Source: Candidatus Nanopelagicales bacterium (GTDB taxonomy: Bacteria; Actinomycetota; Actinomycetes; S36-B12; JBBRLC01). Taken from it: a stretch of DNA of 35,492 nt. Below are positions 32,993-35,492 of the stretch, in pieces. Numbering within the stretch: the stretch's first letter is position 1; each line of letters begins with the position of its first letter. Both the position numbers and the translations under genes were made by a program. The stretch lies in assembly GCA_038231595.1 (NCBI GenBank), contig JBBRLC010000001.1, forward strand, positions 1 to 35,492, in the 5' to 3' direction. Under the pieces are notes generated by a model, which had not been told where the DNA came from, did not search any database, and saw only the letters and a program-made list of their open reading frames with translations.

Positions 32993-33424
32993 TTAAGACG
33001 GCTGCACCTCCCTGCACGGCGGCGACCAGGGTTCGTCTTCGCTCAAGTACTTGGTGGCAACCCAGCCGCCGCGGACGCCGATGAACCCGCCGTCAGGATG
33101 GACATACACGCGGGCGACAGAGGTGAGAACGGCGCCGAGTTCATCGGCGCACGCTCTGGCGTCGTCCTGCAACATCGTGGAACGGGCGCTGTGCTGCGAC
33201 GGGTCACCAGCGCAGGCGTCGTGAAGTAGTTGATCGGCGCACTTCCACGACTGGTACGTCGCCGCCGCCCTGTCGTGATCAACATTGAGTGCGGCGAAGA
33301 TGATCGCGACACTCTCGACATCCAGCCCGTTGTGATCCACGCACGCCAACAGTTCGCACAGCGTCGCGCCGAGGTCGGTTGTCTCGACGTCGACACCGCT
33401 GATGCCGGGATAGACGCGCATCAC
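32993..33424 (-). CDS. hypothetical protein (143 aa)
   Basis: Track ORF. Its start overlaps the upstream stop (GTGATG). Confidence 0.7.
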   Translation of the reverse strand: MMRVYPGISGVDVETTDLGATLCELLACVDHNGLDVESVAIIFAALNVDHDRAAATYQSWKCADQLLHDACAGDPSQHSARSTMLQDDARACADELGAVLTSVARVYVHPDGGFIGVRGGWVATKYLSEDEPWSPPCREVQPS

Positions 33425-33609
33425 CAGCCCGCCTCAATCGCGCCGACAACGCAGAACAAGGCAATGGCGAAGACGACGAACAGGGCGGCGCCGACGTACC
33501 CGCCGAACGTCGGCGACTTCACCGCCCGTATCACCCGTGATACATCGCTGGCGAGGGTCCGGCTCTTGTGACTGACTGACCCGTAGCCGCGGGCTTCGCC
33601 AACCGTCAT
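33421..33609 (-). CDS. small C-terminally anchored membrane protein (62 aa)
   Basis: ATG 33609 overlaps the upstream stop (ATGA). TM helix GGYVGAALFVVFAIALFCVVGAI. Confidence 0.55.
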   Translation of the reverse strand: MTVGEARGYGSVSHKSRTLASDVSRVIRAVKSPTFGGYVGAALFVVFAIALFCVVGAIEAGW

Positions 33610-33962
33610 GGGTGACAGGGCAACGTCAGGATCGAACGGTACGTTCGCCAACCGACTGTTCCTGCGGTGTCGTGGCGTAGGTCCTGCCAACGTGTGTATG
33701 GGCGCAACAGGTACGGGTGACGTTTCTGAAACGCATACACCGCCGCCCGGTCCGCCGCATTGAACGGGCGCCACAGGGGTGTGACGGGCAACCCGAGATG
33801 TGCGCGAACGGTGTCAACGGTCGGCCCTTGCGCCCCGATATCGATGATGCGGTTGTCGTATCGCACTGACACGCATGTCGTTGTTGCTGCGTCTGCGGTG
33901 ACAGCGGGTGTGGCGGCGAGTAGTGCGGCGGTCGCTAAGACGGCGGCGCCGGTGCGGCGCAT
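33606..33962 (-). CDS. secreted protein consisting of a signal peptide plus a PG_binding_1-like domain
   Basis: Starts MRRTGAAVLATAALLAATPAVTADA. Carries GAQGPTVDTVRAHLGL…FQKRHPYLL…GTVGWRTYRSI, which parallels the endolysin C-terminus. Confidence 0.75.
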   Translation of the reverse strand: MRRTGAAVLATAALLAATPAVTADAATTTCVSVRYDNRIIDIGAQGPTVDTVRAHLGLPVTPLWRPFNAADRAAVYAFQKRHPYLLRPYTRWQDLRHDTAGTVGWRTYRSILTLPCHP

Positions 33963-34132
33963 CACGACGCGTCCTGCCTCATCGTTTCCAGCATGGCGAT
34001 TTCGCGGCGGCGTGCCACGTTGATGCGGTCGCGGTTGGCGCGGGCTTGCCCCATGCACGCACCGACGCAAAAAGCGGCGGTGAACAACAGGGAACCGCAA
34101 ACCCATGCGGCGCCTATCAATAGGACGTTCAT
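33962..34132 (-). CDS. 56-aa N-terminally anchored membrane protein (not in ORF track)
   Basis: Encodes MNVLLIGAAWVCGSLLFTAAFCVGAC… GGAAGG lies 7 nt upstream, and the stop overlaps the next ATG by 1 nt. Confidence 0.5.
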   Translation of the reverse strand: MNVLLIGAAWVCGSLLFTAAFCVGACMGQARANRDRINVARRREIAMLETMRQDAS

Positions 34133-34180
34133 GTCAGACCTTCCAGTTTGTAAGTGTCAACAACCGTTCAATAAATGTGT

Positions 34181-34324
34181 TCACTGTTTTTCCCCTGCGC
34201 TGAATGGGCGCAGAACGTGCGCCAGTTCGTCTGCCAACGCTGTTGCGTCGTCGTGTAACATCGCTGCGCGACTGGAGTGCTGCGATGGGTCGCCTGTGTG
34301 TGCGGCGTGCAGGGTGCGGCTCAT
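34181..34324 (-). CDS. 47-aa protein sharing a motif with the 143-aa protein (not in ORF track)
   Basis: Encodes MSRTLHAAHTGDPSQHSSRAAMLHDDATALADELAHVLRPFSAGEKQ. ATGA overlap with the cro-like stop. Confidence 0.45.
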   Translation of the reverse strand: MSRTLHAAHTGDPSQHSSRAAMLHDDATALADELAHVLRPFSAGEKQ

Positions 34325-34509
34325 GCGGCGACCTGCGCAGTCCAGTTGCGCAGAGTGCGTTCCGTTACGTCAACCTGCCCGCCGCTGGCTTGGGCGATTG
34401 CCTGCCCGATTCGGCGCCACGAGACGCCTTGTGAGCGCTGGGAAACGATGAATGCCTCAACCGGTTGCCCTAGGGCTAGGTCTGCGAGGGCTTGGGCGTG
34501 GGTTCGCAT
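34321..34509 (-). CDS. cro: Cro-like HTH protein (62 aa), first gene of the leftward operon
   Basis: Internal ATG of track ORF 34321..34545. HTH SWRRIGQAIAQASGGQVDVTERTLRNW. Divergent from the repressor. Confidence 0.7.
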   Translation of the reverse strand: MRTHAQALADLALGQPVEAFIVSQRSQGVSWRRIGQAIAQASGGQVDVTERTLRNWTAQVAA

Positions 34510-34512
34510 AAC

Positions 34513-34606
34513 CCGGAACTTATTCCGGGAAACTGGAATAGTCAAGCATTTCCTGGAAACCCTTGCGCCATTCGGGTCCTGCGTCTATCTTCAGGAAACC
34601 GTTTCC
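34513..34606. promoter_or_regulatory. divergent control region with three TTCC/GGAA-type palindromes (candidate operators)
   Basis: CCGGAACTTATTCCGG (34513-34528), TTTCCTGGAAA (34549-34559) and GGAAACCGTTTCC (34594-34606). Confidence 0.5.
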
Positions 34607-34638
34607 GGTTTAGCGGAGACCATCTAGGGAGGAAACCA

Positions 34639-35001
34639 ATGAAAACGACGATGCCGAATTCCCCCGGCACTCGTGGGGAAATCGAAGAGAACGTGCGCCG
34701 AAACATCCTGGGAGAGCTAGGGAAACGGCGCGAACACCTGAACTGGCTAGCTGCCCTAGTCCCGTCGATTTCGCAATCGACGCTTTACTCGCGTTTCAGC
34801 GCCACGCACCCCACAAGGTTCACCCTGAGTGAGATTCTGGAAATCGCGGATGCTCTCGACGTAAGCGTGGAGGCTCTGTGTCTGGACCCTTTTGGGCAGC
34901 GTCGTGATCCCGCGCTGCGGCTCCCGCGTCTGGACTCGAACCAGAAACCTGCCGGTATCTGGTACAAAGCTAGCGCCCACAGGCTCAAGTCAGCAGCCTG
35001 A
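34639..35001 (+). CDS. rep: XRE/CI-type immunity repressor (virion form, 120 aa) ending in -SAA
   Basis: ATG preceded by GGGAGGAAACCA. HTH ISQSTLYSRFSATHPTRFTLSEILEIADALDVSVEAL. The C-terminus reads …HRLKSAA. Confidence 0.8.
   Translation: MKTTMPNSPGTRGEIEENVRRNILGELGKRREHLNWLAALVPSISQSTLYSRFSATHPTRFTLSEILEIADALDVSVEALCLDPFGQRRDPALRLPRLDSNQKPAGIWYKASAHRLKSAA
34918..34957 (-). other. attP common core: 3' part of a tRNA (T-arm plus acceptor strand), not a complete tRNA
   Basis: The minus strand reads …GGCAGGTT TCTGG TTCGAGT CCAGA CGCGGGA G. This is a perfect 5-bp T-stem, a TTCGAGT loop, a 7-nt acceptor 3' strand and a discriminator. No anticodon or D arm can be folded upstream. Confidence 0.6.
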
Positions 35002-35009
35002 CCCAACCG

Positions 35010-35492
35010 ATGCAGTCGATTATGGGGACACAACGGCGGGCAGGGCAGAACGTCCAGATAGTGCGGCACAACCGGCCAAGTTGGTGCGCGGAAATCGCCG
35101 CATACACGTTGCACATGCAGGCAGCCGGGTCATCGGCGCTGACTGTGCTTGTGCGGTGCCACCAACTGGAACGGGCGTTCGCGTGGACAGGCGCCAAGTC
35201 GCCGTGGCAGATAAGCGATGAACAAATCATTGCCTATCTCGCGTCCCACGATTGGGCGCCCGAGACGCGCAAAAGCGTCCGTGCAGCCCTTCGCGGGTTC
35301 TACGCCTGGGCTGAAGATTCGGGCATCATCACAGATAATCCGACCCGCCGCCTACCGCGAAGTTGGCCCATACGCCACCAACGTCCTCAGACAGGATCTG
35401 GATCTGAGGCCCTAGGGGTTGATCATCTTCCGGATCAGTCACACATTGGACGTTACGGCATGGCTGCCCTCGGTGGAAGTTTGACTTTCAAA
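35010..35492 (+). CDS. int: tyrosine integrase, N-terminal part (runs off the right edge)
   Basis: The frame is open from TAG 34971-34973 to the window end, with ATGs at 35010 and 35022. SAM-like core-binding domain pattern: WCAEIAAYTLHMQAAGSSALTV…ETRKSVRAALRGFYAWAEDSGIITDNP. Confidence 0.85.
   Translation, partial: MQSIMGTQRRAGQNVQIVRHNRPSWCAEIAAYTLHMQAAGSSALTVLVRCHQLERAFAWTGAKSPWQISDEQIIAYLASHDWAPETRKSVRAALRGFYAWAEDSGIITDNPTRRLPRSWPIRHQRPQTGSGSEALGVDHLPDQSHIGRYGMAALGGSLTFK

Noticed and set aside
33610-34106. Long N-terminal extensions of track ORFs 33421-33774 and 33606-34106 (and similar cases at 12551-13207, 14174-14626 and 17175-18629)
   Set aside because: The extensions overlap the upstream genes and are Arg/Pro/His-rich. 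Internal starts that form 4-nt overlaps or have an RBS give compact, sensible proteins.
34905-34990. Complete tRNA gene on the minus strand
   Set aside because: Only the T-arm and the 3' acceptor strand fold. No matching 5' acceptor strand (TCCCGCG), D arm or acceptable anticodon stem could be found upstream. The isoacceptor cannot be assigned, so it is interpreted as an attP core.

Overview
This window is a high-G+C (about two-thirds by eye) actinobacterial siphophage-type genome. Genes are tightly packed and transcribed almost entirely on the minus strand, right to left. The order is: a cro-like gene and small early genes (34509 to 31143); a replication/recombination module (Hjc-like nuclease, WhiB, Cas4-like exonuclease, PrimPol-helicase, and an AT-rich iteron cluster that looks like an origin); an intact stand-alone TnpB (IS200/IS605-type, no TnpA) just upstream of the HNH/terminase junction; then TerS, TerL, portal, HK97-type protease and capsid. 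After the capsid come an oddly placed 731-aa HxH-repeat fibre gene, head-tail connectors, major tail, tape measure and two minor tail proteins. These are followed by a lysis cassette (membrane proteins, holin, M15 endolysin with a PG-binding domain, a secreted beta-helix-like protein) and a metallophosphoesterase. On the plus strand at the right end are an XRE-type repressor and a tyrosine integrase cut by the window edge. A tRNA 3'-half (attP core) lies inside the 3' end of the repressor ORF, which ends in -SAA. That is the architecture of integration-dependent immunity, here in the non-integrated form. Other notable points: two tandem 238-aa paralogs with a hypervariable Ala-rich core; an early envelope module with a secreted copy of the endolysin's wall-binding domain; no recognisable G/GT tail chaperone pair; and several short translationally coupled ORFs missing from the ORF track. 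I saw no rRNA, complete tRNA or CRISPR array. All functional calls rest on reading motifs in the translations; no database search was possible. Many starts were chosen from 4-nt (ATGA/GTGA/TTGA) or 1-nt start/stop overlaps.
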